A stretch of DNA of 41,638 bases from a bacterium (GTDB taxonomy: Bacteria; Patescibacteriota; Minisyncoccia; Phycocordibacterales; UBA2100), in assembly GCA_016789445.1 (NCBI GenBank), contig JAEUQT010000003.1, forward strand, positions 38,962 to 80,599, in the 5' to 3' direction. The notes beneath the pieces were generated by a model. It saw only the letters and a list, made by a program, of their open reading frames with translations, did no database searches and had not been told where the DNA came from. Each line of letters starts with the position of its first letter. Position 1 is the stretch's first letter. Shown piece after piece: positions 9,269-17,453 of the stretch. Made by a program: the position numbers and the translations under genes.

Positions 9269-9360
9269 ATATGTATTTCTTGCGGTCGCTGTCTGCGCCT
9301 GCTGGCGCAGCGCTCAGTCTCGGCCCCGTCGGGCCTGCGAAGACCGCAAGAAACACATAT
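9269..9360. repeat. Family-1 structured intergenic element, copy 1 (between dnaK stop and dnaJ promoter)
   Basis: Outer 19-bp stem ATATGTATTTCTTGCGGTC / GACCGCAAGAAACACATAT (1 mismatch). It encloses the core GGTCGCTGT-[CTGCGCC TGCT GGCGCAG]-CGCTCAGTCTC-[GGCCC CGTC GGGCC]-TGCGAAGACC. Confidence 0.85.
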
Positions 9361-9382
9361 CTGCGCTCTCTCCTTTCAAAGT

Positions 9383-11248
9383 TTAGGCTTGTGGACCGCT
9401 CTGCGATGATTCTGGACCCTGTTCAGGCGGCTTCTGATCGCTCTGCTGAGCTTTCTGCATGGCTTCGCCGATCGCGCTCATGGCCGTCGAGAGTTCTTCG
9501 GTGGCTTTTTTCATCGCGTCAGCGTCGGTGCCGTTGCGTGCTGTTTTGAGCGCGTCGATCTTCGACTGCACATTGGTGCGGATATCCTCGCTCACCTTAT
9601 CACCGTGCTCCTTAAGTGCCTTTTCTGCCGCGTAGGCCACTTGATCCGCGGCATTCTGGAGTTCGATAAGCTCTTTCTTCTGCTTATCTGCTTCGGCATT
9701 CGCCTCGGCATCTGCGCGCATCTTCTCGATATCCTGATCAGTGAGGCCGGAACGCTGTTCGATGCGGATGGACTGTTCCTTGCCGGAGGTCTTGTCCTTC
9801 GCTTTCACGCTGAGGATACCGTTCGCGTCGATATCGAACGTGACTTCGATCTGCGGCGTGCCGCGCGGAGCCGGCGGAATGCCATCAAGATTGAATTTGC
9901 CGAGGGATTTGTTGTCGTTTGCCATCGGGCGCTCGCCTTGGACGATATGGATCTCGACTGACGGCTGATTGTCAGCAGCGGTCGAGAAGACCTGCGACTT
10001 CGAGGTCGGGATCGTCGTATTGCGTTCGATGAGTTTCGTCGCGACACCGCCAAGCGTCTCGATGCCGAGCGAGAGCGGGATGACATCAAGGAGAAGGACG
10101 TCCTTCACGTCTCCCTGAAGGATGCCGCCCTGGATCGCGGCACCGAGAGCGACCACTTCATCCGGATTCACGCTCATGTTCGGCTTCTTGTTGAAGAATT
10201 TCTCCACCGCACTCTGGATAGCCGGCATGCGTGTCTGACCACCGACGAGGATGACTTCGTGGATATCCCCTACCTTGAACGGTGACGCATCCATCGCGCG
10301 CTTGGTGATGTCCATCGCACGCTTCACGAATTCGTCGGAGAGTTCTTCAAGCTTCGCGCGGGTCATCTTCACGAGGAGGTGGCGTGGACCCGATGCATCG
10401 GAAGTGATGAATGGGATGTTGACTTCAGTTTCCACTGCGGTCGACAGTTCGATCTTCGCCTTTTCTGCGGCCTCATCGAGTCGCTGGCGCGCCAAAGGGT
10501 CATTGCGGACGTCGATGCCGCTCTCCTTCTTGAACTCCTCCGCGAGCCAATTGATGATGGTCTGGTCGATGTCTTTGCCGCCGAGATGCGCGTCCCCGTC
10601 GGTCGAGCGCACTTCGATGACGTCATCGCCCACCTCGAGCACTGAGATATCGAAGGTTCCACCGCCGAAGTCGAAGACGACGATCTTCTCGTCCTTCTTC
10701 TTGTTGAAGCCGTAGGCGAGCGCAGCCGCGGTCGGTTCGTTGATGATGCGCTTCACATCAAGTCCGGCGATGCGTCCTGCATCCTTGGTTGCGGCACGCT
10801 GCGCGTCGTTGAAGTACGCGGGAACGGTGATAACCGCCTCGGTTATCGTCTCGCCAAGCTTCGCTTCGGCATCTGCCTTCAGTTTCTGGAGGATCATCGC
10901 GGAGATCTCCTCAGGAGAAGACCACTTGTCGCCCATTTTCACTTCGATGCCGCCATTCGCACTCTTCTGCATCTCGAACGGGACGACCGCTTTGTCTTTC
11001 TGCACGTTCGCCTCGTCAAAGGTGTGGCCGATGAAGCGCTTGATCTGATAGACCGTGTTCTTCGGGTTGGTTACCGCCTGACGTCGCGCAAGAAGACCGA
11101 CGAGGCGTTCGTTGTTTTTTGAGATAGAGACGACCGAGGGGGTCGTGCGGGCGCCTTCAGCGTTCTCAACGATGCGTGGCTCGCCGCCTTCGACGATGGC
11201 CATCGCCGAGTTGGTAGTTCCGAGATCGATTCCGAGGATTTTTGCCAT
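9383..11248 (-). CDS. dnaK: Chaperone DnaK (Hsp70)
   Basis: 621 aa with canonical Hsp70 motifs ([28 protein letters not shown]). Confidence 0.97.
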   Translation of the reverse strand: MAKILGIDLGTTNSAMAIVEGGEPRIVENAEGARTTPSVVSISKNNERLVGLLARRQAVTNPKNTVYQIKRFIGHTFDEANVQKDKAVVPFEMQKSANGGIEVKMGDKWSSPEEISAMILQKLKADAEAKLGETITEAVITVPAYFNDAQRAATKDAGRIAGLDVKRIINEPTAAALAYGFNKKKDEKIVVFDFGGGTFDISVLEVGDDVIEVRSTDGDAHLGGKDIDQTIINWLAEEFKKESGIDVRNDPLARQRLDEAAEKAKIELSTAVETEVNIPFITSDASGPRHLLVKMTRAKLEELSDEFVKRAMDITKRAMDASPFKVGDIHEVILVGGQTRMPAIQSAVEKFFNKKPNMSVNPDEVVALGAAIQGGILQGDVKDVLLLDVIPLSLGIETLGGVATKLIERNTTIPTSKSQVFSTAADNQPSVEIHIVQGERPMANDNKSLGKFNLDGIPPAPRGTPQIEVTFDIDANGILSVKAKDKTSGKEQSIRIEQRSGLTDQDIEKMRADAEANAEADKQKKELIELQNAADQVAYAAEKALKEHGDKVSEDIRTNVQSKIDALKTARNGTDADAMKKATEELSTAMSAIGEAMQKAQQSDQKPPEQGPESSQSGPQA

Positions 11249-11322
11249 AAGAACAATTGGTTACATTACTTTTGTAATGAAAGTGTTGCAGATATAACGC
11301 ATTTTTATCTCTTTGTCAAATA

Positions 11323-11859
11323 TTATCGGTAGATTGTCACTTGTGCCGGACGCAGTATGCGCGATTTCGTCCGGTATCCGCATCGAAGAACCTTGGCTAT
11401 CGTGTGCGATTCACCTCCCCCGCGCTCTTCGATGGCTTCGTGGATCGACGGATCGAAATCCTCACCCTCTTTTCCGTATATCTCGATACCATGCGCTTGT
11501 AAAACACCTTGTAATTGGCTGTAGATGCTCTCGACGCCGATTCTCCAGGCGTTATCGACGTTCTTCCACGCATCGCTACGCATGGCCATATCGAAGCTAT
11601 CAAGCGCAGGGATCAATTCCTCGACGAACGAGTCTTTCCCCGCATTTGCGGCACGCTGGAGGGCCTCCGCGGCGTCCTTTTTCGCATTGATGAGGTCGGC
11701 CTTCGCTCTCTGCCAGCCATCGAGATATTCCTGGCGCTCCTTCTTTACCTCAGCCAGCTCATCCTTAAGTTTCTGCATCTTCGCTTTTGCAGCGCCGACA
11801 GTCCCGAGCTCATCCTCGGGTTCAAAATCGATATCTTCGTGTTCATGGGAAGAAAACAT
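11323..11859 (-). CDS. grpE: Nucleotide exchange factor GrpE
   Basis: Coiled-coil N-terminus and GrpE C-terminal beta domain (...HEAI...RCGYRTKSRILRPAQV). Start MFSSHE at 11859 with TATACT 8 nt upstream. Confidence 0.88.
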   Translation of the reverse strand: MFSSHEHEDIDFEPEDELGTVGAAKAKMQKLKDELAEVKKERQEYLDGWQRAKADLINAKKDAAEALQRAANAGKDSFVEELIPALDSFDMAMRSDAWKNVDNAWRIGVESIYSQLQGVLQAHGIEIYGKEGEDFDPSIHEAIEERGGGESHTIAKVLRCGYRTKSRILRPAQVTIYR

Positions 11860-11889
11860 ACGCCGGCAGTATAGCATTTCAGGTTCTCT

Positions 11890-11921
11890 GCAAAAGAGAA
11901 AGACCGCTTTCGCGGTCTTTC
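11890..11921 (-). terminator. Intrinsic terminator after rpsI
   Basis: 10-bp stem GAAAGACCGC/GCGGTCTTTC with loop TTTC. On the minus strand it is followed by TCTTTTG. Confidence 0.7.
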
Positions 11922-11928
11922 TTGGAGA

Positions 11929-12342
11929 TTAGCGCTTGGACCACTGCGGAGCACGGCGTGCGGCCTTGAGACCGAACTTCTTGCGCTCCTTTGCGCGTGG
12001 ATCACGCTTGAGGAAGCCCTGGAGCTTCAGATCCTTGCGGAAGAGTGCGTCGACTTCGAGGAGTGCGCGGGAGACACCGAGACGGACCGCTTCAGCCTGC
12101 GACTTGAGACCGCCGCCCTTCACGACTGCGGTGACCGCGTAGGCGCCACCGACGGTCTTGAACGGAGCATTGATCGTCTCATGCATGATCGTGAGCGGGA
12201 AATAATCCGACGCTGCGCGATCATTGATCGTAAACGACGTCGTCTTCGCGCTCGAGATGCGGACACGTGCGGATGCTGTCTTGCGACGACCGACTGCTTC
12301 GAAGTATTTCTTGTCTGCCATAGGATTAAAGGTGATTGCCAA
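11929..12342 (-). CDS. rpsI: 30S ribosomal protein S9
   Basis: 137 aa, GRRKTASARV..., C-terminal ...RRAPQWSKR. Confidence 0.95.
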   Translation of the reverse strand: MAITFNPMADKKYFEAVGRRKTASARVRISSAKTTSFTINDRAASDYFPLTIMHETINAPFKTVGGAYAVTAVVKGGGLKSQAEAVRLGVSRALLEVDALFRKDLKLQGFLKRDPRAKERKKFGLKAARRAPQWSKR

Positions 12343-12347
12343 GACGG

Positions 12348-12713
12348 TTAGTCTGTAATTGTCAGACGCTTCAAGCGGCCGGTAAGCATCGTGTTGCGAG
12401 GAAGCATGCGCTGCACTGCCTTGCGGATAGCCGCGCCGTTGCCCTGACGACCGATGAGGGAGCCGAGGGATTCGATCTTGAGGCCGCCCGGATGACCCGA
12501 GTACTTGGTGTACTTCTTCTGGAGGCGCTTCTTCTCCGTCGTGCGGACTTTCTTCGCATTGCTGACGGTCACCTTCACGATCGATGCGATGTGCGGGGTG
12601 TAATCAGCCGAGGTCTTGCCCATGAGTGCCTTTGCAGCCTCAGAAGCGACACGACCGATGGTCTTGCCTGCTGCGTCGATCTCGTAGGTGCGCTGGATAG
12701 GTGTAGTAGCCAT
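12348..12713 (-). CDS. rplM: 50S ribosomal protein L13 (short form)
   Basis: 121 aa, IDAAGKTIGRVASEAAKALMGK...; sits upstream of rpsI as usual. Confidence 0.93.
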   Translation of the reverse strand: MATTPIQRTYEIDAAGKTIGRVASEAAKALMGKTSADYTPHIASIVKVTVSNAKKVRTTEKKRLQKKYTKYSGHPGGLKIESLGSLIGRQGNGAAIRKAVQRMLPRNTMLTGRLKRLTITD

Positions 12714-12718
12714 ACAAA

Positions 12719-13072
12719 TTATGCGACGAATTCAATACGAGACATGTCCGCGACGCGCTTACCGATGCGACCGAGGCGTACGATGCGGGTGTATCCGCCT
12801 GCACGCGATGCGTAGCGCTTCGAATACTCGTCGTGAAGCTTCTTAACCGCCTCAGCAGAACCGATGCGGGTCATGACGGTTCGGCGGCTGGCGACCGTGC
12901 CCTTCTTCGACTCGGTGACGAGCTTCTCGATGAACGGACGGAGTTCCTTTGCCTTTGCAGAAGTGGTCGTGATGCCGTTCTCAAGCACCAAGGAGCGCGC
13001 AAGCGACTTAAGCAACGCAACGCGCTGGTTCTTAGGTCGGTTGAATGTTCGGCGTTTCTTGTGGTGCTTCAT
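12719..13072 (-). CDS. rplQ: 50S ribosomal protein L17
   Basis: MKHHKKRRTFNRPKNQRVALLKSLARSL...; follows rpoA. Confidence 0.95.
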   Translation of the reverse strand: MKHHKKRRTFNRPKNQRVALLKSLARSLVLENGITTTSAKAKELRPFIEKLVTESKKGTVASRRTVMTRIGSAEAVKKLHDEYSKRYASRAGGYTRIVRLGRIGKRVADMSRIEFVA

Positions 13073-13093
13073 AAAGGTTGTGAGGACCGTATC

Positions 13094-14062
13094 TTACTGC
13101 GAACGGAGCGTAAGTCCAAGGTTTGAGAGTGCGCGCTTGATATCCTGGAGACCTTTCTGGCCGAGGCCTTCGATCGCCAAGAGATCATCCTCACGCTTGC
13201 GGACGAGGCCGCCCACGGTGCGGATGGATGCGTTATCAAGTGCCTGTTCGACGCGCTGCGGGAGATTCATCTCCGTGATACGGGTCTTGAGCATCTCGGA
13301 ATCCTGCGACTTGTCGTCGCGGCGGAGGACGGCATCAACTTCCTCGATGACCTGCTCTTCGGAGACTTCCTCCTCCTTGAATCCGACGACCGCGCGGAGC
13401 TGGTGGATCATGGTCTCGATGGACTTCTCAAGCGCTTCACGAGCAGAGATGGTGCCATCGGTCTCGATGAGGATGCGGAGACGGTTGAAATCGGTACGAT
13501 CACCGACGCGCATGTTCTCGACTTCGTAGTTCACACGGCGGATCGGAGAAAAGATCGCATCAAGTGCGATAGTGCCGATGTCCACGCGCTCCTTCTGGTG
13601 GACCTCCTTCGGGACGTAGCCCAAACCGCGTTCGACGCGGACTTCCATCTCGAGCGTGACCTTGCCGGTCACTTCGGCGATGTGCTGTTCCGGATTGAGG
13701 ATCTCAACCTGACCTGGGAGCTGGAAATCAGCAGCGGTCACGGTCTTCGGGCCCTTTACGGAAAGCGTAAGGGTCTGCGGCTCATCCGAGGAGAGCTGGA
13801 GACGCATCTTGCGGACATTAAGAAGAAGCGTAACCACATCCTCCTTCACGCCTTCGATCGTGGAGAATTCGTGCGCAACGCCGGGGATCTTTACCGACGT
13901 GACTGCAGCGCCCGGGAGGGACGAGAGGATGATGCGGCGGAGCGAGTTGCCGAGCGTATAGCCGTAACCCGGATAAAGGCCGTCGATTTCATAGGTACCG
14001 CTGCGCTCTGCTTCAGAGACGACACGCGGCTTCGACGGGAGTGCGATATGGTAATCGAGCAT
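13094..14062 (-). CDS. rpoA: DNA-directed RNA polymerase subunit alpha
   Basis: 322 aa, GYGYTLGNSLRRILLSS-type motif (GYTLGNSLRRIILSSLPGAA), C-terminal alpha-CTD HhH. Confidence 0.95.
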   Translation of the reverse strand: MLDYHIALPSKPRVVSEAERSGTYEIDGLYPGYGYTLGNSLRRIILSSLPGAAVTSVKIPGVAHEFSTIEGVKEDVVTLLLNVRKMRLQLSSDEPQTLTLSVKGPKTVTAADFQLPGQVEILNPEQHIAEVTGKVTLEMEVRVERGLGYVPKEVHQKERVDIGTIALDAIFSPIRRVNYEVENMRVGDRTDFNRLRILIETDGTISAREALEKSIETMIHQLRAVVGFKEEEVSEEQVIEEVDAVLRRDDKSQDSEMLKTRITEMNLPQRVEQALDNASIRTVGGLVRKREDDLLAIEGLGQKGLQDIKRALSNLGLTLRSQ

Positions 14063-14109
14063 ATAAAAAGGGGCGCGACACTAGTAAAGCGCTTATAAAT
14101 AGTATACCA

Positions 14110-14718
14110 CTACCTGCTGTAAAACTCAAATACAGCTGGATAATCCAAGGGGATTTCCGTGGCTACATAGCTCGGTTCCCCTTCCACCTTCGCAACCATG
14201 GTCGGTGCGTCAACGGAAATCCACGTCGGAATGGCACGAGCCGAACCTTCGTTGCTGCTCATGTGAGCAAACAGCGGCGACTGGCGGGAGCCCTCGCGGA
14301 CCGTGATGGTGTCACCCTTCTTGACGCGGTACGACGGGACGGTGATGCGGGTGCCGTTTACGAGCAAGTGGCCATGAGAGACCATCTGGCGAGCAGCGCG
14401 GCGGGTGCTCGCGAAGCCGGAACGGTAGGCGACGCTGTCCAAGCGGGTCTCAAGCGTGCGGTGCAAGGTTTCCGGTGGATTCTTCGTCTCGAATGCGCCC
14501 TCTGCATAGTTGGAGAGCTGCTTCTCGGAAATACCGTAGGTGAAGCGGACCTTCTGCTTCTCAAGGAGCTGACGGCCGTAGTCGGACTTGTTGCGACCGC
14601 GCGGCTTCTTCGTGCTCTTGCGAGCTTCAGCGAGCGCGAACTTCTGCGTCTGCGTCTGCTCGAAGATCGCCGATCCGAGGCGCTTCGCAATCTTGTACTT
14701 GGATTTGATCTGCAACAT
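14110..14718 (-). CDS. rpsD: 30S ribosomal protein S4
   Basis: 202 aa with an S4 domain (RLDSVAYRSGFASTRRAARQMVSHGHLLVNG). Confidence 0.95.
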   Translation of the reverse strand: MLQIKSKYKIAKRLGSAIFEQTQTQKFALAEARKSTKKPRGRNKSDYGRQLLEKQKVRFTYGISEKQLSNYAEGAFETKNPPETLHRTLETRLDSVAYRSGFASTRRAARQMVSHGHLLVNGTRITVPSYRVKKGDTITVREGSRQSPLFAHMSSNEGSARAIPTWISVDAPTMVAKVEGEPSYVATEIPLDYPAVFEFYSR

Positions 14719-14723
14719 AGATA

Positions 14724-15158
14724 TTAGATGCGGCGCGGCTTAGGCGGGCGCGGACCGTTGTGAGGAACCGGAGTATCGTCGGCGATGCGGGTGACTTCGA
14801 TGCCCTTGCCGGCGAAACCACGAAGCGCGGATTCACGACCAGCACCAACACCACGGATGACGACGTCAACCTCTTTGCAGCCCATCATGGTTGCCTTCTC
14901 ACCGAGAAGCTCCCCTACCTTGGCTGCTGCAAACGGAGTTCCCTTCTTTGCACCGGAGAAACCAAGTGCGCCAGACGAAGACCACGCGACCGCGTTGCCC
15001 TCCTTGTCTGCCAACGTGACCTTCGTGTTGTTGTAGGTCGCGTGGATGTGGAGCGTACCCGATGCGAGCGACTTCTTCGCGGTGCGCGCAAGAGATCGGG
15101 ACTTGAGTCCCTGATCGACGGTACCTCCTGATTTTCGAATGATTCGTTTCTTTCCCAT
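14724..15158 (-). CDS. rpsK: 30S ribosomal protein S11
   Basis: GTLHIHATYNNTKVTLADKEGN...GFSGAKKGTPFAA... Confidence 0.95.
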   Translation of the reverse strand: MGKKRIIRKSGGTVDQGLKSRSLARTAKKSLASGTLHIHATYNNTKVTLADKEGNAVAWSSSGALGFSGAKKGTPFAAAKVGELLGEKATMMGCKEVDVVIRGVGAGRESALRGFAGKGIEVTRIADDTPVPHNGPRPPKPRRI

Positions 15159-15198
15159 AGTGATTGGTGTTGGTGTTCTCTCGGTGCTCTATCCGGGT

Positions 15199-15582
15199 TT
15201 ATGTCTTCTCCAGCTTACGGCGGCCGGATGTCATTGTTTTGCGGACGTTACCGCGGACGGTACGGGAGTTGGTCTTCGAAGTCTGGCCACGGACCGGAAG
15301 CTTCTTCATGTGACGGACGCCGCGGTGCGACTTGATGTCCTTGAGGCGACGGATGTTCGCGGAAATGCTGCGGCGGAGCTCTCCTTCGACGGTGAACTTC
15401 TCGATGGCTTCACGGAGCGCAGCCTCGTCCTTTGCAGAAAGTGCATCAGGCTTCATTCCCGGATCGATGCCGAGCGCTTCAAGCGTAGCCTTTGCGCGCG
15501 GACGACCGACGCCGTAAATGGCGGTAAGGCCGATGTCGAGGCGCTTCTTTTCCGGGATGGTGATTCCTGCGATACGTAACAT
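15199..15582 (-). CDS. rpsM: 30S ribosomal protein S13
   Basis: MLRIAGITIPEKKRLDIGLTAIYGVG... Confidence 0.95.
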   Translation of the reverse strand: MLRIAGITIPEKKRLDIGLTAIYGVGRPRAKATLEALGIDPGMKPDALSAKDEAALREAIEKFTVEGELRRSISANIRRLKDIKSHRGVRHMKKLPVRGQTSKTNSRTVRGNVRKTMTSGRRKLEKT

Positions 15583-15591
15583 GGTTGAAAT

Positions 15592-15705
15592 TTAGCCCTG
15601 GCGCTGCTTGTGGCGAGGATTCTCGCAGATGACCCACAAAGCCCCGCGACGACGGACGTGGCGGCACTTGAGACAGATCTTCTTTACGGAAGCTTTAACG
15701 CGCAT
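15592..15705 (-). CDS. rpmJ: 50S ribosomal protein L36
   Basis: Below the ORF-track size cut-off. My translation is [37 protein letters not shown], in the expected position between infA and rpsM. Confidence 0.9.
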   Translation of the reverse strand: MRVKASVKKICLKCRHVRRRGALWVICENPRHKQRQG

Positions 15706-15725
15706 AGGTTTGAAAAACAGATCTG

Positions 15726-15932
15726 CTAGAACCGACGCGTAATCCGAGCTCGCCCACCATAGGGATCCAGTTGGAGAGAAACTTTATCTCCGACTAACAC
15801 CTTAATCCTATGTAAACGCATCTTACCGGCTAGGTAGGCAAGCTTCAGCTCGCCGTCCGGCAGTTTGACCCGAAATAACGTATTCGGAAGGGCCTCTTCC
15901 ACAATCCCTTCTACGACGTCCGGTTCCCCCAT
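15726..15932 (-). CDS. infA: Translation initiation factor IF-1
   Basis: [51 protein letters not shown]... (S1-like fold). The track ORF extension to 16010 runs into repeat family 3 and is probably not translated. Confidence 0.85.
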   Translation of the reverse strand: MGEPDVVEGIVEEALPNTLFRVKLPDGELKLAYLAGKMRLHRIKVLVGDKVSLQLDPYGGRARITRRF

Positions 15933-15973
15933 ATCTGCGCTCGAAAGATTATCAGCGATTATCCGCAGAGTCA

Positions 15974-16070
15974 ACCCCGTTAGAGAATTCAGGGCTGTGC
16001 TGCGGGCCAAATGGTATTGATAAGCGATTTTTCATGGTTAGTCTCGAATGGAGAGGTTCTCTAACGGGGT
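15974..16070. repeat. Family-3 element, copy A: 97 bp bounded by perfect 14-bp inverted repeats
   Basis: ACCCCGTTAGAGAA (15974-15987) and its reverse complement TTCTCTAACGGGGT (16057-16070). Lies between the stop of the 448-aa gene and the infA start. Confidence 0.8.
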
Positions 16071-16076
16071 CAAGCG

Positions 16077-17423
16077 CTAAAACGGCTGAGGCGGGTCCTG
16101 GATCTCGATCTTGATCTTGGCTGGGTCCTGCGGGAAGGATTTCTGCCAGAACGGGGTGATTCGGGCCCGCGCCTCCTCGACCGCTGGGAAGCCTTGGATG
16201 ATCGGCTGGAACGAAGACTCCTCCTTACCTGCCAAGGCCTGGGTAAGCGCCTGGGTATCGATATTCCATACAAGCTGGGCGGCGCCGGAAAGGCTGAAAA
16301 CAAGGGGTTTCTGGCCCATCTCACCCAGTGCCAAGGTGGTAGAGGCCGTCCCGGTTATGCCAGGACTGAAGCGGATATCCATCTTCTGGCCTTCGGCACT
16401 TGCGCTCACCGCCTGACCGATGGCGGTCGCGAAGGCGTCCGCCGCGAAAACCGGCATGACCACGCTGGCCTTCTCGTGGATACGGACTCCTCCGCCCGGC
16501 TCCTGGGTAGGTGCAAGGGATTCAAACGAGATGTTCGCGAGGCCGGGGAACGCGATGGATCCTTCCGGTGCAGTAGTTGCAAGCTGCTGGGCCTTTTCGT
16601 TAAGTCGACCACGGACTTCCGATCGAGCTGCATCAAGAGTCGCCGGAGCAACGGCCGGTCGTTCACCTGAGAAACCTCCGGTAAATGGCGCCGTCGATTT
16701 CGCATACACGCCGTTATACATATCGGCGGTGGATTTGAGGCCGGGGAGCGTGAGCTTGTCCTGTGGTGGAAGGTTGTAGCTATCCCCGGTCTGGTCCGCG
16801 AATACGGTTACCTGAATCGTTCCAGGGCCCGCGGCGGTCTTACCCGGTACATCCACCGATGCGGGGATACGGTAGATGAGGCCATTTGCTGCCTGGAAGC
16901 GCGTATTCTTGATGAGACGCACCGGCTTATCGGAATATTCGTTATAGACCGTGACCGAACCGGTGGCTTTTTCGTCGACTTTCTCGATACCGTTCGCCGA
17001 GACGACCGTTGAGTCCTCGAAGACCTGCGAGACGACGCTGTAGCGGATCATATTCGGTGTCGCGCTCCCTTCCGGATATGCGGTGAACGATGTTGATGCA
17101 TCAAAGGGCACCACTTGGGTGTGCGGGGTCACGGCGACGGACGTCGAGGGGAACAAAATGAGCGCCGCTGCGCCGCCAAGGATGACGAGCGAAATCCCTG
17201 CCGCGAGCCAGACACCCCACTTCCCTCGCTTGGGTTCGGAGTGATGTCGTTCGTGAGTCGGTGGAGGCGTGTGGCGGCCTGCCGAGTGGCGTTGCAGACG
17301 GACGCGGGACTGCGAAGGTCCGATATTGCGGATTGATCTCTCAGGTGCCATGCGTGGTTCGTCGATGTCTTCTATGCTTTCTTCGTGCGGTGAACGTATG
17401 TCCTGTCGGTAATTGCGTGGCAT
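16077..17423 (-). CDS. Membrane-anchored extracytoplasmic protein, unknown function
   Basis: 448 aa. Basic/His-rich cytoplasmic N-terminus, a single TM (WGVWLAAGISLVILGGAAALILF), then an approximately 360-aa beta-rich ectodomain. It loosely recalls baseplate-J-like proteins annotated in CPR genomes; that is from memory and unverified. Confidence 0.55.
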   Translation of the reverse strand: MPRNYRQDIRSPHEESIEDIDEPRMAPERSIRNIGPSQSRVRLQRHSAGRHTPPPTHERHHSEPKRGKWGVWLAAGISLVILGGAAALILFPSTSVAVTPHTQVVPFDASTSFTAYPEGSATPNMIRYSVVSQVFEDSTVVSANGIEKVDEKATGSVTVYNEYSDKPVRLIKNTRFQAANGLIYRIPASVDVPGKTAAGPGTIQVTVFADQTGDSYNLPPQDKLTLPGLKSTADMYNGVYAKSTAPFTGGFSGERPAVAPATLDAARSEVRGRLNEKAQQLATTAPEGSIAFPGLANISFESLAPTQEPGGGVRIHEKASVVMPVFAADAFATAIGQAVSASAEGQKMDIRFSPGITGTASTTLALGEMGQKPLVFSLSGAAQLVWNIDTQALTQALAGKEESSFQPIIQGFPAVEEARARITPFWQKSFPQDPAKIKIEIQDPPQPF

Positions 17424-17453
17424 AGCGGAAACACAGGCCAGTATACCGCGAAA

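Noticed and set aside
9269-9360. Family-1 repeats as small peptide genes. Copies 1 and 3 translate to similar strings: RSLSAPAGAALSLGPVGPAKT and GSLSGAAAPALSLAPVGAAKT.
   Set aside because: - Copy 2 has a 1-bp shorter hairpin that shifts the frame, and an in-frame TAG just upstream.
- The substitutions are paired to keep the stems rather than the amino acids.
- Copy 1 lacks a stop codon near the element and sits in the opposite orientation relative to its host genes.
11264-11279. Hairpin CATTAC-TTTT-GTAATG upstream of dnaK as a CIRCE/HrcA operator.
   Set aside because: It does not match the CIRCE consensus TTAGCACTC-N9-GAGTGCTAA. No hrcA gene lies upstream of grpE in this window.
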